A stretch of DNA of 64,000 nucleotides from Gracilinanus agilis (taxonomy: Eukaryota): NCBI RefSeq assembly GCF_016433145.1, contig NC_058135.1, positions 278,688,276-278,752,275 of the forward strand, read 5' to 3'. Below are positions 46,331 through 56,830 of this stretch, in pieces. The number at the start of each line of letters is the position of its first letter. Position 1 is the first letter of the stretch. The position numbers and the translations under genes are program-made. The notes beneath the pieces were generated by a model. It was not told where the DNA came from. It was given only the letters and a program-made list of their open reading frames with translations, and ran no database searches.

Positions 46331-47576
46331 TCCGTGAAATGGGTTTCTGGAGTCTATGGACATGTTGGGGAACAATTTACTTCTTGATTTTTCACCAACC
46401 TGTAACTGAAGTTTCCTTCAATTATTTTTCAAACATGATTCTTCGAAAGGCTCCAGGGGCTTTGACAGACTGCTGAGGAATCTATGGCACCCCTCCCACC
46501 CCCCAAAAAAAGTTTTAAAATTGTTGCCTAGACTATAGAAAATAGAATGTCCCAGGTTAAAAAAAAAAAAAAAAGGAAAAAAAGGGGAAAAAAAGACCCA
46601 ATGTAGATGGTCAGAACCTTGGAAATCACTGAAGGTCCAACCCTCATTTTACAGTTAGAAAATGTGATTAGAGAGAATTGATTTATTTGCCCAATAGCTC
46701 ATAAGCATCAGAGCTAGGCTTTGGACAAGAATAGTTTGATGCTAAGCGGAGAGCTCTTTCCGTGACACTCTGCAGTTTTTCTCTCAAAAGCAACTTACAT
46801 TTATTAAATTCTTACTAGTTCTGGATTAAGAAGCCTGGGAACTGTTCCCACTAATTGGTAAGTTTGAGAATTTTTCTGTGCCTCAGTTTTCCCATCTGTA
46901 AAATGGAAACCATGGTACCTTTACATAGTTGTTGGAAAGGCAAAATCAAAATGTAAATGTGACTGCCTCTTGAGTTGCAAACAGCCCTATGTAAATATAA
47001 AAGATTGATCCTTTCTATCTGGACATTAAAACCAACCCCCATCCTACACACACACAGAAAAAAGACCCTTAACATCAGCTCCTTAAACATCAACTAGTAG
47101 AGGCAGCTTGATGGCTGAGTAGCTTGAAAGTTAAGCCTAGAAACAGGAGTTCCTGGGTTCAAATTTGTTCTCAGAGACTTCCTAACTGTGTGACCCTGGG
47201 CAAGTCACTTAACCCCCCATTGCCTAGAGTTTACAGCTCTTCTGCCTTAGAACCTATTGGTTCTAAGAGGAAAGGGAAGGTTTTGTTTTTTGTTTTTATA
47301 ATCACTTAGTCATTGTCTTGTACATAGCAGGTTCTCAATAAATGTTTCTTAGGCAAATTGCATCAGGAGCTGAAGCCAGAGCCTCGGACTCCTGAACTGG
47401 TATGTTTTTCGATATACACATGTTGTGTCCAGATCTCTTTCTATTGTCTCCTTGTCTATCTTTCTTCTCCTTTCCCTCAAACACTTCTCTCTCTTCTCTC
47501 CTGGTTCTCTTATCCTCCCTTGCTCTCTTCTGACCCTGATCCACTTACTTTTCTCTTTTTCTCTGCCTTTCCCCAG

Positions 47577-47724
47577 GCGCATGGCCCCCTGTTTCTGATG
47601 ATGTTAGCATTTGAGGATGTAGCGGGGCACCTCTACCGGAAGGAATGGCAACAACAGATCGCTATTTAAAGAGACCTCTACAGGGATGTTATGCAGGAGC
47701 ATTAGTAAAACCTGCTGTGTTTGG
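47577..47724 (+). pseudogene. KRAB-A box exon relic
   Basis: Long polypyrimidine acceptor and g|gtgagg donor (phase 1, typical of KRAB-A). Reads LAFEDVAGHLYRKEWQQQIAI*RDLYRDVMQEH**NLLCLG against the consensus VTFEDVAVYFxxEEWxxLxxxQRxLYRDVMLENYxNLxSLG. Stops at 47667, 47703 and 47706. Confidence 0.85.
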
Positions 47725-48103
47725 GTGAGGTGGTGGCTTCCTCTGGTAATGGAACTCAATTTTTACCTTTCCTGTAGTATAGTTTGAAGGCTCAGAGCTC
47801 TCAGACCTGTACCTTCATTCCCATCCTTTGTAATATCTACCTCCTCTTCCCTGAGAGTAGATCAAACATCCACAGGAGTCTAGGGATGAGGCTGGTCTCT
47901 ACTGGGCCTGTCCTTTCTTAAATATCAAATAATTTCCTATAGAAGAGCCTTTCTTTTCTCCTAAGGGAGGAGTTTCCTTAAATGGTCTATGAGAAAACTG
48001 CCATAAATTATGTTTCAAAAACTATTCTGTTATGCTCCAAGTGTCTTAAAGCATTAAGGAAATAAAAACTGTTAGGGATCTTAGAGAGCCCCTTTAAGTA
48101 GAT

Positions 48104-48293
48104 CAGTGGTTCCCAAAGATTTTTGGCCTACCTCCCCATTTCCAGAAAAAATATTCCTTAGCCCCCTGGAAATTAATTTTTTAAATTTTAATAGCAATTA
48201 ATAGGAAAGATAAATGCACCTGTGGCCATCACTACTTTTCTGGATCCTGCAGCACCCACCAGGGGGCGGTAGTGCCCACTTTGGGAATCACTG
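48104..48293 (+). mobile_element. hAT MITE, family B
   Basis: Ends cagtggttcccaaa / tttgggaatcactg; flanks aagtagat / aaatagag. Confidence 0.85.
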
Positions 48294-49369
48294 AAATAGA
48301 GGGTTCCAAAAAACTTATAAAACAGTAGCAGGAAGCAGCTAGGTAGTTCAGTGGATTAAGAGTCAGGCCTAGAGGCAAGCAGTCCTGGGTTCAAATTTGA
48401 CCTCAGACACTTTCTAGCTGTGTGACCCTGGGCAAGTCACTTAACCCCCATCGCCTAACCTTCACTATTCTACCTTGAAACCAAAACACAGTATTGATTT
48501 GAAGAAGGAAGGTAAGGATTTAAATGAAAGAAATGAAAGGAAATTGCAGCAGCCGAAAAGATGCATTAATTTGTGCATGTGTGTGTGTTTTAACTTTGTT
48601 GGGAAGATTCAGCAGAGGCCATGACTGTCCTAACTATACAGAGCCATAGCAGATCAAAGAGTTCTAGCATAGATTTTTTTCCCCTCAATAGTTTCTGTTC
48701 TGGTTGGGGAAAAAAAGATCAAAACTAAAAAAATAGTTTAGAAGGGTAACTAGGTGGCTCAGTGAATAGAGAGCCATACTGGGAGATCCTCAGTTCAAAT
48801 GTGGCCTCAGAAACTTCCTATCTTGGGGACCCTGGGTAAGTCACATCACTTAGCTCTTCTGCCTTGCAACCAGTACTTAGCATCCATTCTAAGATGGAAG
48901 GTAAGGGTGAAGAAGAAAAAAAAAAAAGACACTCCATCTCTCAGCTCCCAGCATTTTCTCTATTGTCTTCCTAGGTCTGGAATGTTCTTCCTTCTCATGT
49001 CCACTTCCTGACTTCTTTAACTTTCAACAAATCCTGGCTATAACCTTGCCTTCTAAAAGAAGCTTTTCCCAAGACCTTTTCATTCTTGTGCCTTTCCCTA
49101 AACCCTTGATTATTTCCTATTGATCCTATACATAGCTTGTTTGTATGTATTTGTTTGCTTGTTGTCTCCTCCATTAAATTGAGCCCTTTTGAGGGCAGGG
49201 ATTGTCTTTTGCCTTTTTTTTTAGCACATAGTATAATAAATGCTTATTGAGTGACTGTCAGAAATAATATGGGCCCATAGTTTTCATGTGACTGCCAAGG
49301 GGGTCCGTCACACACAAAAAGGTAAAGAGCCCATAACCTAGGAGATATATATGATGAGTCCAGCCACCC

Positions 49370-50060
49370 TTTATAACATTTTTATTAAATAAGAATAAGA
49401 GAAAATTCAGCAAAATCACCAAATAGCAATACAAACTGATATCATAGGTGATATTCTATACCCATGGACTGTCTTCCCCTTTTACATAGAAGCTGGAAAA
49501 GGCCTCTTATTTCTCTTCTTTGGGACCAAGATTATTCCTTATAACTTTATAACAATACTTTTCAATCAAAATTTCATCTCCAATTTTAAAAATTCAAATG
49601 AATTTTTCAATATTTATTTCTAATTTGAAATTTCAAATAAACATTTCAATATGCATTTCCATTTAAAAATTCAAATTAATTTTTATATTAATTTCAGTTT
49701 TGTGATTATGGTTCTTTCCATTTCCAGTTTGCATCAGTTCATGCTAGTCTTTCTATATTTTCCTGTACTCATCATATGCGTCTTTTCTTATGGCATAGTC
49801 ATATTCCATTGTGTACCACGATTTGTTTAGCCATTCTACGATCAATGGGCATCTACTTTGTTCCCAGTACTTTGCTACCACAAAAAAAAAAAGAGTTGCT
49901 AAAAATATTTTAGTGTATATGGAACCTTTTTTTGTTATTGATCTCCTGGAAAATATGCCTAGCACCAGAATCTCTGGGCCAAAAATGTACAGACATTTTA
50001 GCCCCTTTATTTGTATAATTCCAAAGGGCTTTCCAGAATAGTCGTGTTTTTATTTTTAAT
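49370..50060 (-). mobile_element. L1 fragment
   Basis: YTKIFLATLFFFVVAKYWEQSRCPLIVEWLNKSWY on the - strand. Confidence 0.72.
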
Positions 50061-50082
50061 AGTTTATTCCTTCCATTTGTAG

Positions 50083-50212
50083 ATATCTCTCTTTCCAAAC
50101 CAGACTTCATCACTCAAATGGAGAAAGGGGAAGAAACATGGAATTGGGAAGTTGCCACAAAAACAAAAGATCCCAAGGGACTCCCCAGCTGGAACAGAAC
50201 TTGGGAAACCAG
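50083..50212 (+). pseudogene. KRAB-B box exon relic
   Basis: tttgtag|at ... ccag|gtgagt; reads DISLSKPDFITQMEKGEETW against the consensus SKPDLISxLEQGEEPW. The 130-nt length breaks phase 1-1 symmetry. Confidence 0.72.
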
Positions 50213-51048
50213 GTGAGTCCTAGTAAGTGCCTGAATATTCCCTTCCAGGTCTTATACCCTCTGTTGTCATACACTATCATCTTAGATTCTCTTAATCCCA
50301 CTGTTGAAAAGATCCTCACTTTGACAAACTTTCCCACTAAATTTAGACAAGGTCTTCTATATCTAAGAGGATGGCATAATTTGGACCAGCAGCAGGGTTA
50401 GGAGGGCTGGGGGACTATAAACATTTAATTCCTAGTATTGCATTTTAGGAAGGGTTCTGATAAGCTAAAACTTTCCTAGGTGAGCAGGTAGGAGGGTGCA
50501 GTGACTTCAGTTTGTTATGTAAGGATCATTTAACGTTTCTTTATTCAATTCACACCTACCAAGCACCTACCAAGCATAGGCATCACCCAAAGTGCCTTTT
50601 CTTTTCAGATTACCTTCATTGACTCTATATATGTCTTTTGTGGATATGTTGTCTCCTCAAGGAATTCACTATCTAATTGGGGCCAAACTTACACCTCTAT
50701 GCAATTAATAAGAAATTGGTTACTCTAGTTAGAGAATTATGAGAGGCTCTTTATCGTCAAAGCTCACATTTGTGTGACCCTAACAAATTCCTTCCCCTCT
50801 CCTGGCTTCAGAATCATCTGAAAAATAAAGAGGTTGAACTAGATGGCCTCTAAGATCCCCTTCATTTCTAGATCTATTATTATATGTCATCCATCTTTAA
50901 TAGCCTTCTCACACTAATAATTGGCAATTCTATAATCAATTGCCTCAATGCTCATGATGTTAAAAAAAAAGGTGAGAAAATAGATGATATATACATACAT
51001 ACACATAGATGATAGCTAGAGAAATGGATGGTCAAAAAGACAGACAGA

Positions 51049-51241
51049 GGGCAGCTGGGTGGCTCAGAGGATTGAGAGTCAGACCTAGAGATGGGAGGTC
51101 CTAGGTTCAAATCTGACCTCAGACACTTCCCAGCTGTGTGACCCTGGGCAAGTCACTTGACCTCCATTGCCCACCCTACCCACTCTTCCACCTATAAGCC
51201 AATACACAGAAGTTAAGGGTTTAAAAAATAATAAAAATTTT
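51049..51241 (+). mobile_element. Young SINE
   Basis: TSD aaaaagacagacaga. Confidence 0.88.
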
Positions 51242-51459
51242 AAAAAAGACAGACAGAAAAACAGTCTTTCCCCCCCTTTAATTTTATTAACTGATAGATA
51301 AGTCTGCTATTGACATAGCACAGAAACATGAAAGTAAAAAAAGTACTCAATGCTGAAGGACTGACCTCATTGACCACCCAAGTCTGAATGTCTATTTGAG
51401 ATCAACAAGGAGGGTGAATTCATCCTCGGAGAGAGACCAGGAAAAGGCCTCCCAACATA

Positions 51460-52130
51460 GAAGAATAAGAGCCACACCCCAAAAGATAACATGTTCAAAG
51501 GCTATGATCAGGCAATTCTCAAAGAGGAAAATCTAGCTGTCAACAACCAAATGAAGACACTTCTGTCACTAAGAATAAATGTACATCAACACAACTCTTG
51601 GAGGTTCTACCTCACCCCCATCAAATTGTCAAAGCTAAGAAAATAGCAATTATTACAGAGACTGTATGTCTAAGACACTAATGTGCTGTCAAGTTAAGTC
51701 AGTAGACATTTATTAAGCACCATGTGTCTAAGAACATTTATTACAGCACTTTTCATTGTAATAGAGAATCGGAGACAAAATAGGTGGCCAACAATTCAGG
51801 AATGACTGAATAAATTATGATATGTGTAAATGGAAAGGGATTTTAGTATGCCATAAGAAATGATGGATATGGTGGAGTTAGAGAAATGTGGGAAGATATG
51901 CATAAATTGATACTAAGTGCAGATCCAGGAAAACAATTCATATGATGATTATAAAAAAATAATGTGAGGGGGAAAAACTGAAAGCAAGCAGAATCCTGCC
52001 CCAAAAAGTGATAAGTAATAACTTCAAAAGACTGAAGATAAAATGTATCACACACCTTTGCAGGAAGAGTTAATGGACTAGTGGTACAAAAGAGATATGT
52101 ATTTGCTGATGAGGCCAACAATTTCATTTG
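51460..52130 (+). mobile_element. Old L1 3' fragment
   Basis: caggcaattctcaaagaggaaaatctagctgtcaacaacc...gaggttctacctcacccccatc motifs. Confidence 0.6.
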
Positions 52131-52134
52131 CTTT

Positions 52135-52333
52135 TTTTTTTTATTCTTTTTTTTTAAACCCTTAACTTCTGTGTATTGGCTCTTAGGTGGAAGAGTGGTA
52201 AGAGTGGGCAATGGGGGTCAAGTGACTTGCCCAGGGTCACACAGCTGGGAAGTAAGTGTCTGAGGCCGGATTTGAACCTGGGACCTCCCATCTCTAGGCC
52301 TGGCTCTCAATCCACTGAGCTACCCAGCTGCCC
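52135..52333 (-). mobile_element. Young SINE
   Basis: Reverse complement of the same family. Confidence 0.85.
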
Positions 52334-52697
52334 AATTTCATTTGCTTTTGCCTGACTAAACGTATTTGTTACAAAAGAGAACTTCCACTGGAGTAGGAAA
52401 ATAGGAGAGTGGAGAGAGCTAGGTCTGTTACTATATAGTGATAGACATGGAGGGGAAAAGGAGCATTGATTTAAAAAAAATTTTTTTAATTAAAAACATT
52501 TTAAGTGTCCTTAAGAATTCCAGGTCTACACTGAACAGGACTAAGGAAACTCCTTTCTTCTGATCACATGAAGGGACTTTAGAAACCATCTAATCTACCC
52601 CCTTTCTTTTGCAGATGAAGAAACTGAGGTTTAGGAAAGTAAAGGAATTTTCCCAAGGTTACATCACTAGTAAAAATTGAGTTAAGATTAAACTCAA

Positions 52698-52836
52698 CGG
52701 GAGGTCCTAGGTTCGAATCTGGCCTCAGACACTTCCCAGCTGTGTGACCCTGGGCAAGTCACTTGACCCCCATTGCCCACCCTTACCACTCTTCCACCAA
52801 GGAGCCAATATACAGAAGTTAAGGGTTTAAAAAAAA
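52698..52836 (+). mobile_element. 5'-truncated young SINE
   Basis: TSD aagattaaactcaa. Confidence 0.88.
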
Positions 52837-53073
52837 AAGATTAAACTCAAGTCTTGAGACTCCTATAAGAATAAAATTCCATCCTTATACTCCAAAGACA
52901 TCACTTTTCTAGGCATTCATTCTGACCAATCTAGGAAGGTTCTGTACTTTGTTCTGAAAAGGGGATGGGATTTGAGAATTCTTTTTGTTGTTGTTGTTGT
53001 TTCTGGCTTCAGCAATTATTAGATGGCCTTCCTGAATTTATAAGTCTCAAATGTATTCATCTCTTTATTCCAG

Positions 53074-53772
53074 CTGAAGACTGGCGAAAAATGAGAAGGG
53101 TTATCAGCTGAAATGTCACATGTATGAGTACTCTCAAGGGATGTGCACAGGAAGGTCCTAAGAGGTGAAGAAAGTTCCTGGATTATTGGAAGAGCCCGTG
53201 TGAGTTAGTGCACTTCAGAAAAGCAGCAGGGAAAAGTCTCAGGGAGCAGGTAGAAAAAAAAAATCTCCCCAAGGTAAGGGATCTGGGGAACCTTGTTGTC
53301 ATCAACCTTAAAACTAAGGCCAAGTTTTGAGAAAGTCCCTATCTTTAGTGAATGTGAGAGAAGCTTCAGTCAACATTCCAATCTTTAAAAGTATCCAAAG
53401 ATCCATTCAGGGGAGAATGCTTCAAGTGTGTGGATTGTGAGAAAGGGTTCACTTACAACTATTTGTACATTAGAATCCATACCAGGAGAGGGGGAAAAAA
53501 AAAAACCAACCCTGAAACCTACAAAAGTCCTGAGAGTGGGAAAACCTTTAGTGAGAACTCCAACATCAAAAAACCTAAAGCAGGAGAGAAATCCTACTTT
53601 CTGTCTTGTACTGAGAGTGGAGATTGGTTCAGTGTGAAATCATCCCTCCTTATCCACCAGAGAATCCACACGGGAGAGATACCCTATCAATGCCCCCAGT
53701 GTGGGAAAAGCTTTACTCACCGTACAACGCCTATTAATCATCCAAGGCCCCACACTGGAGAAAAACCATCGA
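53074..53772 (+). pseudogene. Spacer plus decayed C2H2 zinc-finger array (terminal exon of the dead KRAB-ZNF gene, 5' part)
   Basis: Acceptor ctctttattccag at 53073. Finger remnants include CERSFSQHSNL*, CVDCEKGF and SSLLIHQRIHTGEIPYQCPQCGKSFTH...HTGEKP, with lost Cys/His residues, stops and frameshifts. Confidence 0.85.
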
Positions 53773-54077
53773 CAATCAGTTCTGTTATAACTCTTGTTTT
53801 GAAAATGGGAATCTGCTCCGATATGATTGCTCTGTTAGGCAATAATTTGACCATAATGCTAATTCTGGTTTGCTTATGCACAATTTCATCTGCAAGAAAC
53901 AGCTAGAATGAAGAAAACTGTACCCAGCTGAACGGAGCCACAAAACATACATACTTTAGATATCTACCAGCTACTTCACTTCACCATCTGTTATCTTAGA
54001 AGGTTGTTTTATTATTTTTTTTGTGTGTGAACTTTTCTATATTAAAAAAAAAAAAACACTCATTCCACATCCCAAAC

Positions 54078-55844
54078 ATGTCTAAGCGTCCGGGTTCCAA
54101 AACACCAAACAGTGGTGGCAAAAGGAAAACTTTCAGCATCGAGGAGAAACTTGAAATAATAAAGCGTTTTGAAAGAAACGAGAGAACGTGTGATATCGCC
54201 AGAGCCACAGGCATAAAGGAGTCCACCTTGAGGGCCATCAGAGACAACGCTGTAAAAATAAAAGAAACGTCGATGACGGGAGTAACTACGATTTCTGCCA
54301 AGTCAGTAAGGATAAGGCCTAAAGAAATTGCAGAAATGGAAAGACTGTTGAGCATATGGATCGAAGGGAAAAAGTCGAGGACCACCTTTCTCACAATCAA
54401 AGGAAAAGCACTCTCTATTTACGCGGATCTAAAGCGGAAAGCACCAAATCCGGCGGAAGTGGCGCCTTTTAGGGCTAGTTGCGGCTGGTTCAGTGGTTTC
54501 AAACATCGCTACAATTTCCAAAATCTTCAACTGTCGGGCGAGGCCGCCAGCGCAGAGCATAAGGCCGCCAAGGAATTTCCAGCCGTGATACAGAAATTAA
54601 TTAAGGAAGAAGGCTATACGTTGGATCAAATTTTCAATTTCGACGAAACGATTATCTATTACAAACGCCTGCCTCGAAGGACCTACATCTCGAAGGCGGA
54701 GAAGCACGCCCCAGGATATAAGTCCTCTAAAGATCGCTTAACTGTGATGTTCGGCGCCAACGCCAGCGGAGACTTGAAGCTAAAGCCGGTGGTGGTTTAT
54801 CGCTCCGACAATCCACGAGCCTTGAAAGGCATCGTGAAGGCCAGCCTCGGGGTCCATTACAGGTATAGCAAGAAAGGAAAGATGACGGCCCAAATCTGCA
54901 TTGATATTTTTGCCGAATTCTTCCCTGTTATTGAGTATTATTGCAAGAAAAAGAACTTGGCTTTTAAGATTCTGATCATCATCGATAATGCACCGAGTCA
55001 CCCCCCAACCATTGCGGAACTCAACCCGAAAGTCAAATTCGTCTTTTTGCCTCAAGAAACCACCTCTCTGATTCAGCCCCTGAATCTAGGGGTGATGGCC
55101 CTGTTTAAGGCCTACTATCTAAGGAGGACATTGAAGATGTTAATTGCAGCTACCGGAGGTGAGAACGCGGAAACGGCTCTCGAATTCTGGAAGAGATTTA
55201 ACATCAAGATGGCCATCGATATCATCGTGGAAGCCTGGAACGACGTGACCGAAGAGTGCTTGCATCACGTGTGGAAGAAAATGCTCCCGAACTTGATTCA
55301 GGATTTTGAAGGAGTGGAACCCGCGGAGCAATTGAAAAAAATTAAAGCAAACTGTGTTGATCTGGCAAAACAAGTTGGATTCGAGGAGGTGGAAGATGAA
55401 GATATAGATGAGCTCTTAGAACCTCACTCTAGCGACCTGAGCACAGAAGATTTGCAACAGCTGGCTGATGGCCAAGCGGAGGCCGAAGATGAAGAAGACG
55501 ACGATGACGATAGTGAAAGCCAGAAGGCTACCCCGAGACAGCTTGACACTTCGCAGTTATCGGGTGTTTTAAGTGTCATCGAAAAACAGTTGCAATGGCT
55601 TGAGGATAATGATTACAACGCGGAGCGGAGCAGAATAGTCGTGCATGGCATCCGCACGAATTTGGAACCATACAGGCAGCTTCTTTATGAAAGGAGGAGG
55701 CTAGCAAAACAGCAGAAATTGGACATATATTTTAAGCTAGTACGGAAGAGACACCTAGAGGACAACGAGCCACACCCGTCCACGTCTGGTGTTACCACTT
55801 CCCGTCCAGTTTCAGATAAACCTTCTTCTACCACTTCACAATAA
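54078..55844 (+). CDS. Intact Tigger-derived (TIGD/CENP-B-like) protein, 588 aa, probably domesticated
   Basis: ATG in ccaaacATGt. Contains a CENP-B N-type HTH (RKTFSIEEKLEIIKR...), a second HTH (EMERLLSIWI...FRASCGWFSGFKHRY), a DDE_1-like core (FNFDET, SKDRLTV, IIDNAPSHP, TTSLIQPLN), an acidic tract and a KQQKLDIYFK C-terminal motif. No stops or frameshifts in 1767 nt. Confidence 0.92.
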   Translation: MSKRPGSKTPNSGGKRKTFSIEEKLEIIKRFERNERTCDIARATGIKESTLRAIRDNAVKIKETSMTGVTTISAKSVRIRPKEIAEMERLLSIWIEGKKSRTTFLTIKGKALSIYADLKRKAPNPAEVAPFRASCGWFSGFKHRYNFQNLQLSGEAASAEHKAAKEFPAVIQKLIKEEGYTLDQIFNFDETIIYYKRLPRRTYISKAEKHAPGYKSSKDRLTVMFGANASGDLKLKPVVVYRSDNPRALKGIVKASLGVHYRYSKKGKMTAQICIDIFAEFFPVIEYYCKKKNLAFKILIIIDNAPSHPPTIAELNPKVKFVFLPQETTSLIQPLNLGVMALFKAYYLRRTLKMLIAATGGENAETALEFWKRFNIKMAIDIIVEAWNDVTEECLHHVWKKMLPNLIQDFEGVEPAEQLKKIKANCVDLAKQVGFEEVEDEDIDELLEPHSSDLSTEDLQQLADGQAEAEDEEDDDDDSESQKATPRQLDTSQLSGVLSVIEKQLQWLEDNDYNAERSRIVVHGIRTNLEPYRQLLYERRRLAKQQKLDIYFKLVRKRHLEDNEPHPSTSGVTTSRPVSDKPSSTTSQ

Positions 55845-56117
55845 CTCAGCAACTACAACCCTTCCAAAACCCACTTCTGCATGAAAACTTCAGATCTTTG
55901 CCAAGGTAAAGTGCCATATTTCTCACATACCTTCCTCATGCATAACTGTGGGCAGAGGAGGACTAGTCCAAATCCATACACTGCAATGTCCTCTACTCTA
56001 GCTCCTATGGGAAATAAGGTGAGGGCTCAGCGGTAACCCAAGGCTGTGGACCGCACCATTATCTATTGTAGCATTTAAAATTTCTTAACCACTTAACGTG
56101 TATAAAAACCATGGTGC

Positions 56118-56326
56118 GGGGGCAGCTGGGTAGCTCAGTGGACTGAGAGCCAGGCCTAGAGACGGGAGGTCCTAGGTTCAAGTCTGGCCTCAGACACTTC
56201 CCAGTTGTGGGACCCTGGGCAAGTCACTTGACCCCCATTGCCTAGCCCTTACCACTCTTCTGCCTTAGAGGCAATACACAGTATTGACTCCAAGACGGAA
56301 GGTGAGGGTTTAAAAAGGAAAAAAAC
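56118..56326 (+). mobile_element. SINE inserted in the 3' non-coding arm of the Tigger element
   Basis: TSD aaaaccatggt at 56105-15 and 56327-37. Confidence 0.9.
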
Positions 56327-56499
56327 AAAACCATGGTACCATTTTTCATGTTTCTGCCCTTTTTATATGTCACTGATTAAAGCTTTTTAGGGTTTCCCTA
56401 ACCCCATTTCCCCCATAACCCTGTGGCTTTTATTACCCAATTTTGCATAGTGTGGTGATTTTTAGGAATGCATATATTGCATTATAGCAGAACTGACTG

Positions 56500-56590
56500 A
56501 GAGAAATTTCATACATTGATCAGATCTCATCAAACATCAGAGAATTCATACAGGGTTAAGAAATCCTATAAGCATCCTCCGGTGTGATAA
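56500..56590 (+). pseudogene. Continuation of the zinc-finger array beyond the transposon
   Basis: Right after the right TIR the sequence reads RNFIH*SDLIKHQRIHTG (56502-56555), then a degraded linker. Confidence 0.78.
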
Positions 56591-56824
56591 AACAGCCTCA
56601 ACTCCAACCCCCTGAGGCACCAGGGACTTCAAACAGCTGAGAAAACTGAGAAAATTCTGAACACGGGGATGGCTTTGGCCAGAGAGTTGAAGTTTGTTGA
56701 ACACATCGAGATACATAGACTGAAAAGAGTTGGCCATGGGGCTTTGCCCGCAGAGGTGTAGCTGACATCTTTAGTGGCAAACAGGCTCCTTTCTGCCTCT
56801 CAGACATGACTAAGAAGTTGGCTG

Positions 56825-56830
56825 AATAAA
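56825..56830 (+). terminator. Candidate poly(A) signal for the ZNF-relic/transposase unit
   Basis: AATAAA about 1 kb past the transposase stop and just beyond the finger relic. Confidence 0.35.

Larger units (their letters stand above)
53773..56499 (+). mobile_element. Full-length Tigger/pogo-family DNA transposon
   Basis: Left TIR caatcagttctgttataa (53773-53790) matches the reverse complement of the right TIR ttatagcagaactgactg (56482-56499) at 16/18. It encloses a pogo-type transposase ORF. The TA duplication is not preserved. Confidence 0.9.

Noticed and set aside
53430-53906. 158-aa ORF as a functional zinc-finger protein
   Set aside because: It starts at GTG, most fingers lack Cys/His ligands, and the frame runs into the transposon TIR. 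It is part of the pseudogene.
54021-54077. N-terminal 19 aa of the 607-aa ORF call
   Set aside because: It starts at TTG within T- and A-runs. The first ATG, in good context, is at 54078.
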